NCBI GenBank assembly: GCA_963665095.1
Contig: OY762069.1
Coordinates: forward strand, 3,136,001-3,200,000
Length of the DNA stretch: 64,000 nt
Source: an uncultured Desulfobacter sp.
GTDB taxonomy: Bacteria > Desulfobacterota > Desulfobacteria > Desulfobacterales > Desulfobacteraceae
Direction: 5' to 3'
In this document: in pieces, positions 9,610-19,663 of the stretch
How positions within the stretch are numbered: position 1 is the first letter of the stretch
Layout of the letters: every line of letters starts with the position of its first letter
Translations under genes and position numbers: made by a program
The notes under the pieces: model-generated
What the model saw: the letters and a program-made list of their open reading frames with translations, nothing else
The model's database searches: none
What the model was told of the DNA's origin: nothing

Positions 9610-10298
9610 TGTCTTTTCTTCACGGATATGCCCCCATGATATTTAAGGGCACCTGGCTCACCATTGAGCTGTGCCTGTTCTCCCTCGGCATTGCCGTGAT
9701 CTTAGGTATGATCACGGCAATTGCCGACCTGTCCAGGTCCGGGCCGCTTGCGGCAGTGGCCCGGACTTACACCACCTTGATCCGCGGCGTGCCGGACCTG
9801 GTTCTTATGCTGCTGATCTATTACGGCGGGCAGGTTCTGGTCAACCGCCTGGCCCCCCTGGTGGGATATGAGGAATATATTGACGTCAATCCCTTTATTG
9901 CCGGCTCCCTCACCATCGGATTTATTTTCGGGGCATATATGGCTGAAACCTTCAGAGGTGCGATTCTGGCAGTACCGGAAGGGCAGCTGGAGGCAGGCCG
10001 TGCCTACGGCATGAGCGGAACCCAGGTATTTTTTATGATTCTTCTGCCCCAGATGGTCCGCCATGCCATCCCGGGATTTGGCAACAACTGGCTGGTTCTG
10101 ATGAAGGCCACGGCCCTGGTTTCCATTATCGGGCTGGAAGATGTGGTGCGCATGGCAGGCCTTGCAGCCGGGGCCACCAGAAAACCCTTTACCTTTTATC
10201 TTGCTGTGGCCCTGATTTATCTGGCCTTAACCAGCGTGTCAATTGTGGTTCTCAACTGGCTCAACAAGCGGTACAGCGCAGGGTTTACCAGGAGCTGA
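9609..10298 (+). CDS. Amino acid ABC transporter permease (HisQ-like)
   Basis: YTTLIRGVPDLV, AETFRGA, GQLEAG, NNWLVLMKATALVS. Confidence 0.93.
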   Translation: MSFLHGYAPMIFKGTWLTIELCLFSLGIAVILGMITAIADLSRSGPLAAVARTYTTLIRGVPDLVLMLLIYYGGQVLVNRLAPLVGYEEYIDVNPFIAGSLTIGFIFGAYMAETFRGAILAVPEGQLEAGRAYGMSGTQVFFMILLPQMVRHAIPGFGNNWLVLMKATALVSIIGLEDVVRMAGLAAGATRKPFTFYLAVALIYLALTSVSIVVLNWLNKRYSAGFTRS

Positions 10299-10299
10299 C

Positions 10300-10983
10300 A
10301 TGGATTTTTCAATAATTTTCGAAAATATCGGCATGTATTTCGGAGGGCTTAAAACCACTTTGGTCCTGGTGGCTCTTGCCCTTGTTATCGGGCTTGCATG
10401 CGCCATTCCTTTAGCTGTTATCCGGTCCTCCGGAAACCGGTTTCTCTCTTTTCCCGTTCAGGTATATACCTATTTTTTCCGGGGCACTCCCATGCTGGTC
10501 CAGATGTTTATGATATATTACGGCATGGCCCAGTTTGAGGCAGTGAAGGCCTCTTTTCTATGGCCTTTTTTCAAGGATGCCTGGTTTTGCGCACTTGTGG
10601 CATTTACCCTGAACACCTGCGCCTATACCACGGAAATCATCCGGGGGGCCATTGAAAACACCCCCCACGGTGAAATTGAAGCGGCCAAGGCTGTTGGTAT
10701 GTCCCTTGGACAGAGACTGCGGCACGTGATTCTTCCCAGCGCCTTTCGCCGGGCACTTCCCTCCTACAGCAACGAGGTGATCTTCATGCTGCACGGCTCG
10801 GCCATTGCCAGCACTATCACCATTATGGATCTGACAGGTGTGGCCCGGCAGATATACTCGCGGTACTACAGCCCCTATGAGGCGTTTATCACAGCTGCGC
10901 TGTTTTATCTTTGCACCACCTTTGTCATTGTCTTCTTTGTCAAGCGCCTGGAAAAAAGATGGTACGCCCATCTGGCCCGGTAG
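10300..10983 (+). CDS. Amino acid ABC transporter permease (HisM-like)
   Basis: FFRGTPMLVQ, AYTTEIIRGA, YSNEVIFMLH; ATG 10300 after AGGAG. Confidence 0.93.
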   Translation: MDFSIIFENIGMYFGGLKTTLVLVALALVIGLACAIPLAVIRSSGNRFLSFPVQVYTYFFRGTPMLVQMFMIYYGMAQFEAVKASFLWPFFKDAWFCALVAFTLNTCAYTTEIIRGAIENTPHGEIEAAKAVGMSLGQRLRHVILPSAFRRALPSYSNEVIFMLHGSAIASTITIMDLTGVARQIYSRYYSPYEAFITAALFYLCTTFVIVFFVKRLEKRWYAHLAR

Positions 10984-10996
10984 TAAAAACAATTTC

Positions 10997-11039
10997 CCGG
11001 TCCGGATAAATTTCGCAAGCCTTCAGCGTTCCGGACCGG
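10997..11039. repeat. Inverted repeat after the ABC operon (possible terminator or stabilising hairpin)
   Basis: CCGGTCCGGA/TCCGGACCGG perfect 10-bp arms; no U-tract. Confidence 0.45.
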
Positions 11040-11244
11040 AGCAATTCCAATCGTAATCCCTCTGGGTGTGACGCCCCATTGTCTTTCTATCAAAAAAATT
11101 GGCACAGCCGTTCCTGCTTCATTCCTGCTTTTGATTCAAAATGAATTTATACAAAAGATTTTTACACTATTGATTTTCATGGGCGACGGCGTTAATGAAA
11201 GGGGTTGGATTCAAAAATGATAACCTCTAACAGAAAGGTATAAA

Positions 11245-12333
11245 ATGACAGACCAAAGAATTTACAACTTCAATGCCGGACCGGCAGCGCTGCCTTTGTC
11301 AGTCCTTGAGGAAATTCAGGCCTCTTTCCTGAATTTCAATAATTCAGGCATGTCCATCACAGAAATCAGCCATAGATCGTCCTATTTTGATGATGTTATC
11401 AATGATGCAGTGGAGCGGACCAAACGTCTTTTAGGCCTGGATGATCAATACCACGTCCTTTTTATCCAGGGCGGTGCATCGCTGCAGTTTGCCATGATAC
11501 CCATGAATTTCCTTTCCGGGGATCAAAGTGCCGACTATATCAATACCGGAACCTGGTCCACCAAGGCGATTAAAGAGGCAAAGATCCAGAATAAAAACCA
11601 TGTGGTTGTGGCATCTTCCGAGGACAGGGATTTTTCATACATCCCTGAAAATATTCCCTTCAGCAAAGATGCAAAATATGTCCATATCACGTCCAACAAC
11701 ACCATTAAGGGGACCCAGTTTGCAAGCTTCCCTGATACCGGCGGAATTCCGCTGGTTGCCGATATGTCCTCTGATATTTTTTCAAGACCCCTTCCCATGG
11801 ACAAATTCGGCATGGTCTATGCCGGGGCCCAGAAAAACTTAGGCCCTTCCGGGACCTGCATGGTGATTCTGCGCAAGGATCTTCTGGAGACAGCCAATCC
11901 GGATCTGCCCTCCATGCTGAAATATTCCACCTATGCGGATAAAAATTCCATGTATAATACCCCGCCCTGCTTCGGCATTTACACCATTGACCTGGTGCTG
12001 AAATGGATCGAAGAGGAGATGGGCGGTCTTGAAAAAGTAGAGGCTTTTAATAAGGAAAAAGCAGGGCTCCTATACGATTTTATCGATGCCAGCAATTTTT
12101 ACCGGGCAACGGCCAGGCAGGACTCCAGATCCCTGATGAACGTGACCTTCCGTCTGCCAAGTGAAGAGCTGGAACAAAAATTTATTAAAGAGGCTACTGC
12201 CAAAGGCCTTGGCGGTCTCAAAGGCCACAGGTCCGTGGGCGGATGCCGGGCATCCATTTATAATGCCGCCACCATGGAAGGCATAAAAGCCTTGATTGAA
12301 TTTATGGAGACCTTTCAAAAGGAGGCCAAATAA
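11245..12333 (+). CDS. serC: Phosphoserine aminotransferase
   Basis: YNFNAGPA, EISHRS, ADMSS, YAGAQKN, YNTPP, KGHRSVGG. Confidence 0.97.
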   Translation: MTDQRIYNFNAGPAALPLSVLEEIQASFLNFNNSGMSITEISHRSSYFDDVINDAVERTKRLLGLDDQYHVLFIQGGASLQFAMIPMNFLSGDQSADYINTGTWSTKAIKEAKIQNKNHVVVASSEDRDFSYIPENIPFSKDAKYVHITSNNTIKGTQFASFPDTGGIPLVADMSSDIFSRPLPMDKFGMVYAGAQKNLGPSGTCMVILRKDLLETANPDLPSMLKYSTYADKNSMYNTPPCFGIYTIDLVLKWIEEEMGGLEKVEAFNKEKAGLLYDFIDASNFYRATARQDSRSLMNVTFRLPSEELEQKFIKEATAKGLGGLKGHRSVGGCRASIYNAATMEGIKALIEFMETFQKEAK

Positions 12334-13916
12334 TGAAGGTGCTTGTCAGTGATAAAATGGATGAAGCGGGCATTGATATTTTCAAAAACCAGGAAGGCAT
12401 TGATGTGGATGTCAACACCGGGCTTTCACCTGACGCGCTTAAAGAGATCATCGGACAATACGATGCTCTGGCCATCAGAAGCGCCACCAAGGTCACGGCA
12501 GACCTGCTGGAGGCGGCTGGCAACCTGAAAGTTATTGCACGGGCCGGTATCGGCCTGGATAACGTGGACATTGATGCGGCCACCAAGAAAGGGATCGCGG
12601 TCATGAACACGCCTGGCGGCAATACCGTGACCACGGCGGAGCATGCCATTGCCATGATGATGGCCCTGACTCGGAATATTCCCAGGGGTACGGCGTCTCT
12701 CAAAGCGGGTCGATGGGATAAAAAACTGCTCCAGGGCCGGGAAATTTTCAATAAGACCCTGGGCGTGGTGGGCTACGGCAATATCGGTTCCATTGCCGCC
12801 GGCCTTGCCAAGGGCTTAAGAATGAATGTCATTGTTTATGACCCAAATATCTCCTCTGAGCATATTGAAAAGGCAGGGTTTGAATATGTAACCCTGGACG
12901 AGCTTTATGCCCGGTCCGATTATATTACCATCCATGTACCCAAAATGGATGCCACCATTGATCTTCTGGATGCCCAGGCTTTTGAAAAAATGAAACCAGG
13001 GGTTATGGTGATCAACTGCGCCAGGGGAGGAATTGTCAACGAAGAGGCCCTGCATGCCGCCATCCAGTCCGGCAAAGTGGCAGGTGCGGCCCTTGATGTA
13101 TTTTCCGTTGAACCCCCGTCCGCAGATCATCCGCTGCTGCTGCTGGACCAGGTGATTGCCACGCCCCATCTCGGGGCCTCCACCAAAGAAGCCCAGACCA
13201 ACGTGTCTGTAGCAGCTGCCAACCAGATTATCGCCTATCTGCTGAAAGATACCATCATCAATGCCGTAAACGTACCCTCAGTGACCGGGGATGTCCTCAA
13301 ACAGTTGAGTCCTTTCCTCTACCTGGTTGAAAAAATGGGAAAAATGCAGGCCCAAATCACCAAGGGAGGTGTGCGTGAAGTCAACATTGAATATATCGGC
13401 AAATTCCCTGATCTGGATCTTAAACCTTTGACCATTACCGGAATCAAAGGCCTTTTAAACGAATTTGTCAGAGACGAGGTCAACTCGGTAAATGCCATCT
13501 CCCTGGCCAATGAGATGGGGATAAAAATCACGGAATCCACCTCCCAGGAGGCCGGCAACTTCCTGAACCTGATCCGGATGACTGTCACCACTGATACCCA
13601 GACCAATATCCTGGAAGGCACCATCTTTGGCAAGGATGATGCCCGGATTGTACGGATTAACAAATTCCGCCTGGAAGTAATTCCCGAGGGCCACCTGGGC
13701 CTGATTCACAATGTGGATAAGCCCGGTTCCATCGGTTCCATCGGCCAAAAATTAGGAGAACACAAAATTAATATTGGAAGAATGATGGTGGGACGTGAGG
13801 ATGACGGAGAAAGAAACATCATATTCCTCAGAACCGACACCTCTATTCCGCCTGATGTAGTTAAAGAGATTGCCGATCTTGAGCTTGTTGTCAGCATGAC
13901 CACGTTTGAACTCTAA
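12333..13916 (+). CDS. serA: D-3-phosphoglycerate dehydrogenase (long form with ASB and ACT domains)
   Basis: ARAGIGLDNVD, GYGNIG, INCARGG, TPHLGASTKEAQ, C-terminal DKPG ACT domain. Confidence 0.97.
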   Translation: MKVLVSDKMDEAGIDIFKNQEGIDVDVNTGLSPDALKEIIGQYDALAIRSATKVTADLLEAAGNLKVIARAGIGLDNVDIDAATKKGIAVMNTPGGNTVTTAEHAIAMMMALTRNIPRGTASLKAGRWDKKLLQGREIFNKTLGVVGYGNIGSIAAGLAKGLRMNVIVYDPNISSEHIEKAGFEYVTLDELYARSDYITIHVPKMDATIDLLDAQAFEKMKPGVMVINCARGGIVNEEALHAAIQSGKVAGAALDVFSVEPPSADHPLLLLDQVIATPHLGASTKEAQTNVSVAAANQIIAYLLKDTIINAVNVPSVTGDVLKQLSPFLYLVEKMGKMQAQITKGGVREVNIEYIGKFPDLDLKPLTITGIKGLLNEFVRDEVNSVNAISLANEMGIKITESTSQEAGNFLNLIRMTVTTDTQTNILEGTIFGKDDARIVRINKFRLEVIPEGHLGLIHNVDKPGSIGSIGQKLGEHKINIGRMMVGREDDGERNIIFLRTDTSIPPDVVKEIADLELVVSMTTFEL

Positions 13917-13936
13917 TTCCCTTTGATAAATCACTG

Positions 13937-13978
13937 TCAGGATCGCTATCGAACCAGTGTTTTCAATAGCGATCCTGA
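13937..13978. repeat. Hairpin downstream of serA
   Basis: 13-bp IR TCAGGATCGCTAT/ATAGCGATCCTGA; no U-tract. Confidence 0.5.
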
Positions 13979-14046
13979 TCCCGGCAGCCACAGCCATCTG
14001 AATCCCGACGCCCGGTTTTAACCCCTGAAAAAATCAATTTAAGTGA

Positions 14047-14459
14047 TTTATCCTTAGAGCCAGATACGCAGTTCTCTGTATCGGAATATTGCTTACCACG
14101 ACCAATGCCTTTGCATCTGCCATGCAGGATTTTAATTTAATCGTTCTTGGAGATCTTACCGGCACCAGTGAGTATGCAGATAAAATTGTATGTTATTTCC
14201 CGGAATTGGAAACTTTGACAATAACTGTGCTGTATGGATCTGTATTTGCTCCGACAACAGACCTGACGATTGGTGCCGCCGAGATAAACGGCTCAGTGGT
14301 TGCCGACAATGTCGAGCTTAATGGAGAAGTCCATCTACCCTACGCCTCCTGGGACAGCCAAAACACCGTTCCCGAACCGGCCACCGTACTGTTGCTCGGG
14401 TTAGGAATCCTTTCCTTGGTTTTACAGGTGGCCTGAGGCGCCAAACACGGCAACGGTAA
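14047..14459 (+). pseudogene. Decayed PEP-CTERM protein gene with choice-of-anchor-A-like fragments
   Basis: Signal peptide lacking a start codon; FNLIVLGDL joined to GSVFAP..INGSVVA..GEVH; VPEPAT sorting signal frameshifted by TCCTT duplication. Confidence 0.7.
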
Positions 14460-14597
14460 CCCCAATATTTCACCAAATTCAGGTTGATTTGGCTTTTTCT
14501 TTTTGAAACGCACTTATTTCAATGGTGAATTAGAATCCCTGCTTTCCCATGCTGTCGACATTTATAATAAAATTCCCATGACTGCCAAACCCCGGGC

Positions 14598-14626
14598 TTG
14601 AAAAAGTGTCGGTAAATCCTTATATT
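14598..14626 (+). promoter_or_regulatory. sigma70-type promoter for the FmdB-hemC operon
   Basis: TTGAAA-N17-TATATT. Confidence 0.55.
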
Positions 14627-14670
14627 GGTGTGTTATTTTTTAACCGTGAACCAATAAAGAGGGGCGGAAA

Positions 14671-14925
14671 ATGCCGATTTATGAATATACCTGCAACGCC
14701 TGCGGGAAAAACTTTGAAACCCTGGTGATGGGCAGTGACACCCCCCAGTGCCCGGCATGCAGCAGCGAAGACCTGGCAAGGCTGATGTCAAAATGCGGAT
14801 TTGTCTCCAAATCCCAGGGACCCGGCGGCCAGATTCAGACCACCACCTCAGCAGGCAGTTCCGGATGTGCCGGCTGTACATCCAGCAATTGCAGTTCCTG
14901 CAGTATCAGCTCAAGTATTGGATAA
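14671..14925 (+). CDS. FmdB family zinc-ribbon protein
   Basis: MPIYEYTCNACG...CPACSS; Cys-rich tail; SD-like GAGGGG. Confidence 0.9.
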   Translation: MPIYEYTCNACGKNFETLVMGSDTPQCPACSSEDLARLMSKCGFVSKSQGPGGQIQTTTSAGSSGCAGCTSSNCSSCSISSSIG

Positions 14926-14927
14926 CC

Positions 14928-15869
14928 ATGAAATCAAGCATTATCATCGGCACCCGGGGAAGTGCACTCGCCCTGTGGCAGACCAATTACGTAAAATCCT
15001 GTATTGAAACCGCATTCCCGGACACCCGGGTTGAAACCTTAATTATCAAAACCACGGGAGACCGGATTACGGACCGGCCCCTTTCCATGGTGGGCGGCAA
15101 GGGCCTTTTTGTCAAAGAGATTGAGGCAGCTCTTTTAGACGGCACCATTGATATGGCTGTCCACTCCATGAAGGATATGCCGGGGTATCTGCCCCGGGGT
15201 CTTGTGATCGGGGCCGTACCCAAACGGGCCAACCCCTTTGACGCGCTTATATCCGGGAAGGGCGCACTGTTTGAAGAATATCCGCAGGGCGCTGTCATTG
15301 GGACCTCCAGCCTTCGGCGGGGCTCCCAGCTGAAGTATTTGCGGCCAGACCTTAAGATCAAATCCATCCGTGGAAACCTGGATACCCGCCTTAAAAAGCT
15401 GAAAACCGGTGAATATGATGCCATTGTTCTGGCAGCTGCCGGTCTGCAGCGCCTGGGCCAGGCAGAGGAAATCACTGAAATCCTGTCGGAAGACCAGATG
15501 GTGCCGGCCGTGGGCCAGGGAGCGTTGTGCATTGAAGCCAGGGGAAACGATTATGAAGTATCACCTTATTTAACGGCCCTGGACCATGGTCCTACACGGA
15601 TCTGTGTCACAGCAGAGCGTGCATTTCTAAGAGAAATTGAAGGCAGCTGCCACATTCCTGTGGGCTGTTTCGGCAAAATACAAAACAACCAGATACATCT
15701 CACAGCGGTTGTGGCCTCTGAAAACGGGCAGACACTGATCAAAGAGAGCATAGACACGCCCCTCAATGACATTATCCCAAGTGGCCGGAATCTTGCAAAA
15801 CTTGTTCTTGAAAAAGGCGGACAACGTATATTGGAGGCGCTGAAGTCAAATGACGCAACCCAGGGGTAA
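14928..15869 (+). CDS. hemC: Hydroxymethylbilane synthase (porphobilinogen deaminase)
   Basis: IGTRGSALALWQ, GGKGLFVKEIE, VHSMKD, GTSSLRR, EGSCHIP; start ATG 14928. Confidence 0.97.
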   Translation: MKSSIIIGTRGSALALWQTNYVKSCIETAFPDTRVETLIIKTTGDRITDRPLSMVGGKGLFVKEIEAALLDGTIDMAVHSMKDMPGYLPRGLVIGAVPKRANPFDALISGKGALFEEYPQGAVIGTSSLRRGSQLKYLRPDLKIKSIRGNLDTRLKKLKTGEYDAIVLAAAGLQRLGQAEEITEILSEDQMVPAVGQGALCIEARGNDYEVSPYLTALDHGPTRICVTAERAFLREIEGSCHIPVGCFGKIQNNQIHLTAVVASENGQTLIKESIDTPLNDIIPSGRNLAKLVLEKGGQRILEALKSNDATQG

Positions 15870-17394
15870 AGTATTTCTCATTGGTGCAGGCCCCGGTGAT
15901 CCAGGCCTTATCACCCTGAAAGCAAAAGAGTGCATCGAAACAGCGGATGTGGTGGTGTATGATTACCTGGCCTCACCCTATCTTCTGGACTATGCCCGCA
16001 AAGACGCTGAAATTATCTATGTGGGTAAAAAAGGCGGGGACCATACCCTAACTCAGGATAAAATTAATTTTTTGCTGGTGGAAAAGGCAAGACTTGGTAA
16101 AAATGTGGCCCGGCTCAAGGGCGGAGATCCCTTCGTTTTCGGACGCGGCGGAGAAGAGGCCCAGGAGCTTCTGGCTGACGGCATTGATTACGAGGTGATC
16201 CCCGGTGTCACATCTGCTGTGGCTGCACCTGCCTATGCCGGCATTCCTGTGACCCACAGAGACCACACCTCTTTTGTATCATTTATTACCGGCCATGAAC
16301 GGCCGGATAAAAAAGAGTCACGGATGCAGTGGGATGTGTTTGCCAAATCAGACGCCACCCTGGTGTTTCTGATGGGGGTTAAAAACCTGCCTAATATTGC
16401 GGCCAAACTCATTGAACACGGCAAGCCGTCTGATACCCCTGTGGCGTTAGTCAGATGGGGGACCACCACACGACAGCAGACGGTAACAGGCACTCTTGCC
16501 ACTATTGTGGAAGAGGTTGAAAAGGCACAACTCAAGTCGCCTGCCATTATTGTAGTCGGTCATGTGGTGTCGCTCAGGGAGGAACTGGCCTGGTTTGACA
16601 GAAAACCACTGTTCGGTAAAAAAATTGTGATCACCAGGGCCCGTGCCCAGGCCTCGGGCCTGGTGGCCGAGCTTGGCCGTTTAGGTGCCCAGTGCATTGA
16701 AATTCCCACCATTAAAATTGCCCCGCCGGAAGACTTAAGTCCCCTGGCAGAGGCCATTGACCATATAGACCGCTATGATTGGCTGGTACTCACCTCTGTC
16801 AACGGGGTCAAATTTTTCTTTGATACCCTTTTTGCCAAGGGGAAAGATGTCCGGGCCTTAGGCCACCTGAAATTTGCTTGCATCGGCCCTGTGACCAAAG
16901 AGCGGCTTAAGGATTACGGAATCATCTGTGACATTCTGCCTGAAACCTATCGGGCGGAATCTGTTATTGACGCGTTTACTGATCTGAATATGACAGGGAA
17001 AAATATCCTGCTCCCCCGGGCTAAAAAGGCCAGAACCATTCTACCTGAAGAACTGACCCGAATGGGGGCTGTGGTGGACGAAGTCACGGCTTATGAAACC
17101 CGGCTGGATGACACGGGAAAAAACCTTCTTGTGGAAATGCTGAAAAACAAAGAGATTGATGCGGTCACCTTTACCTCATCATCCACTGTGACCAACTTCA
17201 TGACCCTGCTTGAAGGGCAGGAGGCCCCTGCTCTGCTTGACAGTGTTGCCCTTGCCAGCATCGGCCCCATAACATCGGACACCATCCGGGAGGTTGGGCT
17301 GACACCGGACATGGAAGCCGATCCCTATACCATTAACGGCTTGATTGATGCCCTTTTGGAATACTGGGCAGGTAAGACTGGTGCAGCGTCGTGA
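15850..17394 (+). CDS. cobA: Uroporphyrinogen-III C-methyltransferase / uroporphyrinogen-III synthase fusion (CobA-HemD)
   Basis: GAGPGDPGL, LKGGDPFVFGRGGEE; C-terminal ITRARAQA, FTSSSTV, SIGPIT. Confidence 0.95.
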   Translation: MTQPRGKVFLIGAGPGDPGLITLKAKECIETADVVVYDYLASPYLLDYARKDAEIIYVGKKGGDHTLTQDKINFLLVEKARLGKNVARLKGGDPFVFGRGGEEAQELLADGIDYEVIPGVTSAVAAPAYAGIPVTHRDHTSFVSFITGHERPDKKESRMQWDVFAKSDATLVFLMGVKNLPNIAAKLIEHGKPSDTPVALVRWGTTTRQQTVTGTLATIVEEVEKAQLKSPAIIVVGHVVSLREELAWFDRKPLFGKKIVITRARAQASGLVAELGRLGAQCIEIPTIKIAPPEDLSPLAEAIDHIDRYDWLVLTSVNGVKFFFDTLFAKGKDVRALGHLKFACIGPVTKERLKDYGIICDILPETYRAESVIDAFTDLNMTGKNILLPRAKKARTILPEELTRMGAVVDEVTAYETRLDDTGKNLLVEMLKNKEIDAVTFTSSSTVTNFMTLLEGQEAPALLDSVALASIGPITSDTIREVGLTPDMEADPYTINGLIDALLEYWAGKTGAAS

Positions 17395-18374
17395 TCTCCG
17401 GTTCAAGGCATATTAATTACCTGAGAATTTCTATCACGGACAGGTGTAATTTCAGATGCCGGTACTGCGTACCGGATACCGGCATTCATGTCATTTCCCA
17501 CGACCAGATTGCAAGATATGAGGAGATCCTGAGAATCACACGCCTGGGCTGCGAAATGGGCATCACCAAGGTGAGGGTTACAGGCGGAGAACCCTTTGTG
17601 CGTAAAGGCATATTTCTGTTTCTTGAACAGTTGTGCCGCATTCCTCAACTAGAAGATATCTCCATCACTACCAATGGATCACAATTGGACCCGGATAAAA
17701 TAAAAGTCTTGAAGGAGATGGGAATACGCCGGCTTAACTTCAGTCTGGACACCCTGGTTCCGGAAAAATTTACCCAAATCACAGGCAGGGACAGATTTCA
17801 CAAGGTGTTTCGGGCTATAATGGCCGCCCATGAATTGGGTATAACCCCCATAAAGATTAATACGGTGGCATTAAAGGGATTCAATGATGACGAATTGGCT
17901 GACCTGGCCGGCCTGACGCTCAAGTATCCCTTTCATGTCCGGTTCATTGAGTATATGCCCATGGGAAACCTGATGGTCCAAAGAGACCCGCAGATCCTTA
18001 CCCGGGAAATCCGGAAACGAATCAGCGATGTCCACGGCCCATTAACTGCTATCTCCAGGGGGAAACATGACGGCCCGGCAAAGCCCTATAGACTTATAGA
18101 TGCACCCGGAGTTATCGGTTTCATTACTCCGGTCAGTTCCCATTTCTGTGCAGAATGCAACCGATTACGTCTCACCTCCCGTGGGACATTGCGGCCGTGT
18201 CTTTTGCAAAACAATGAAACTGATATCCTATCCCCCCTTCGCAATGGTGCTGATGACAGGCAGTTAAAAATGATCATTGAAGAGGCAATAAAAAACAAAC
18301 CATTGTCCCATAACCTGGACAAACGTGCAGCACAGGATGTTCCTTTAAATCAGATGACATCCATTGGCGGTTAA
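17391..18374 (+). CDS. moaA: GTP 3',8-cyclase (molybdopterin biosynthesis)
   Basis: YLRISITDRCNFRCRYC, RFIEYMP, FCAECNRLRL..C, terminal IGG. Confidence 0.96.
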   Translation: MISGSRHINYLRISITDRCNFRCRYCVPDTGIHVISHDQIARYEEILRITRLGCEMGITKVRVTGGEPFVRKGIFLFLEQLCRIPQLEDISITTNGSQLDPDKIKVLKEMGIRRLNFSLDTLVPEKFTQITGRDRFHKVFRAIMAAHELGITPIKINTVALKGFNDDELADLAGLTLKYPFHVRFIEYMPMGNLMVQRDPQILTREIRKRISDVHGPLTAISRGKHDGPAKPYRLIDAPGVIGFITPVSSHFCAECNRLRLTSRGTLRPCLLQNNETDILSPLRNGADDRQLKMIIEEAIKNKPLSHNLDKRAAQDVPLNQMTSIGG

Positions 18375-18538
18375 ATAAATTCCTGTTCAGCCTGCCCTTT
18401 TAGTTACTTTCCGCATCTTTATTCCCTCATAAAAATATTGACTTTAGACGTAATGCCCATTAAAGGAAAAGGCAGCCAATCGAAACAACATCAATCCTGG
18501 AAGTTAATTTCACAGGCAGACTCATAACAGGACGATTC

Positions 18539-19558
18539 ATGGAAATACCGAGACAGTTACTGGAACGACTGAAACAAAACGAAGAAATCGCACGAAAATT
18601 CAATGAAATTGAAATCAGTATCCTCTCCATTCTGAATTTCCGGGATTTTTTTGAGCGCCTTTTATATGAAATCGCAGACAAGTTCTGCATACCCCATATA
18701 TGGATTTCAATCATCCAGGAGAGCAGTATCAGCGAACAACTTCGGGGCAGCAGTGAATCAAAAGCTTTAAAATCCTCCATAGCATTTGTAGAACAGGACC
18801 GGTTTCTTTCCATCATCAGGGAACAAAAACCGGTGCTTTCCAACAAAAATCTGCACCTGTTCAAGGATTTAATGCCCAAAACCCTTACCTCTACCATAGG
18901 GTCCATTGCCATTGCACCGATTACACTGGACGGAAAACTTGTGGGCAGCATCAATCAGGCTGACCCTGATTATCACCGTTTTGAACCGGGGATCGACACC
19001 TCGTTGTTAGAGCAACTGGCGCAAAAGGTCTCCTTGTGCCTGTCCAATGTGACGGCCCATGAACAGCTGAAATTTCTTGCTTTCCACGACCCATTGACCG
19101 GGCTTTTCAACAGAGGCGTTTTCCAACGTATCATTGACAGGGAATTTTCACGGGCCACACGCTATAATAGTGAACTGTCATTGATCTTTATGGATCTTGA
19201 TGAATTTAAAACCATAAACGATACCGTAGGGCACAGTGGGGGGGATAAAGCGCTTTGCTATCTGTCCGACGTCCTGATCCGGCTTAAACGGGAGCCGGAT
19301 ATAGTCTCCCGATTCGCAGGCGATGAATTTGTTATGGTCCTGCCGTCCACCCAGAAACCTCAGGCAGAGCAATTCATTAAACGGGTGCATGATTACCTTG
19401 AGGCCCATCCGCTGTCCACTCATGGGAAAGAGTTTATTATCCGGGTGAGCCATGGCACGTCAAGCATTTCCGATGCCGGTGTTACAAATCCTGAAACGCT
19501 TTTGAAAATGGCAGACAAAAGAATGTACCAGCAGAAAGCAGAAAAGAAAAACCGGTAA
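18539..19558 (+). CDS. GAF-sensor diguanylate cyclase (AGDEF variant)
   Basis: HDPLTGLFNR, DLDEFKTINDTVGH, REPD I-site, RFAGDEF. Confidence 0.9.
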   Translation: MEIPRQLLERLKQNEEIARKFNEIEISILSILNFRDFFERLLYEIADKFCIPHIWISIIQESSISEQLRGSSESKALKSSIAFVEQDRFLSIIREQKPVLSNKNLHLFKDLMPKTLTSTIGSIAIAPITLDGKLVGSINQADPDYHRFEPGIDTSLLEQLAQKVSLCLSNVTAHEQLKFLAFHDPLTGLFNRGVFQRIIDREFSRATRYNSELSLIFMDLDEFKTINDTVGHSGGDKALCYLSDVLIRLKREPDIVSRFAGDEFVMVLPSTQKPQAEQFIKRVHDYLEAHPLSTHGKEFIIRVSHGTSSISDAGVTNPETLLKMADKRMYQQKAEKKNR

Positions 19559-19663
19559 TCATATTTAAACCCTTTCACAAAAAAGGTATTTTTGCTGTTT
19601 TTTATGGTATTTTACTCCTGATTATAATAAACTTTTAGAAAATTTAGAAAATTTCAAAGGGAA

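Noticed and set aside
14748..14927. 60-aa N-terminal extension of HemC in the ORF track
   Set aside because: It overlaps the FmdB gene in another frame; HemC homology begins at ATG 14928.
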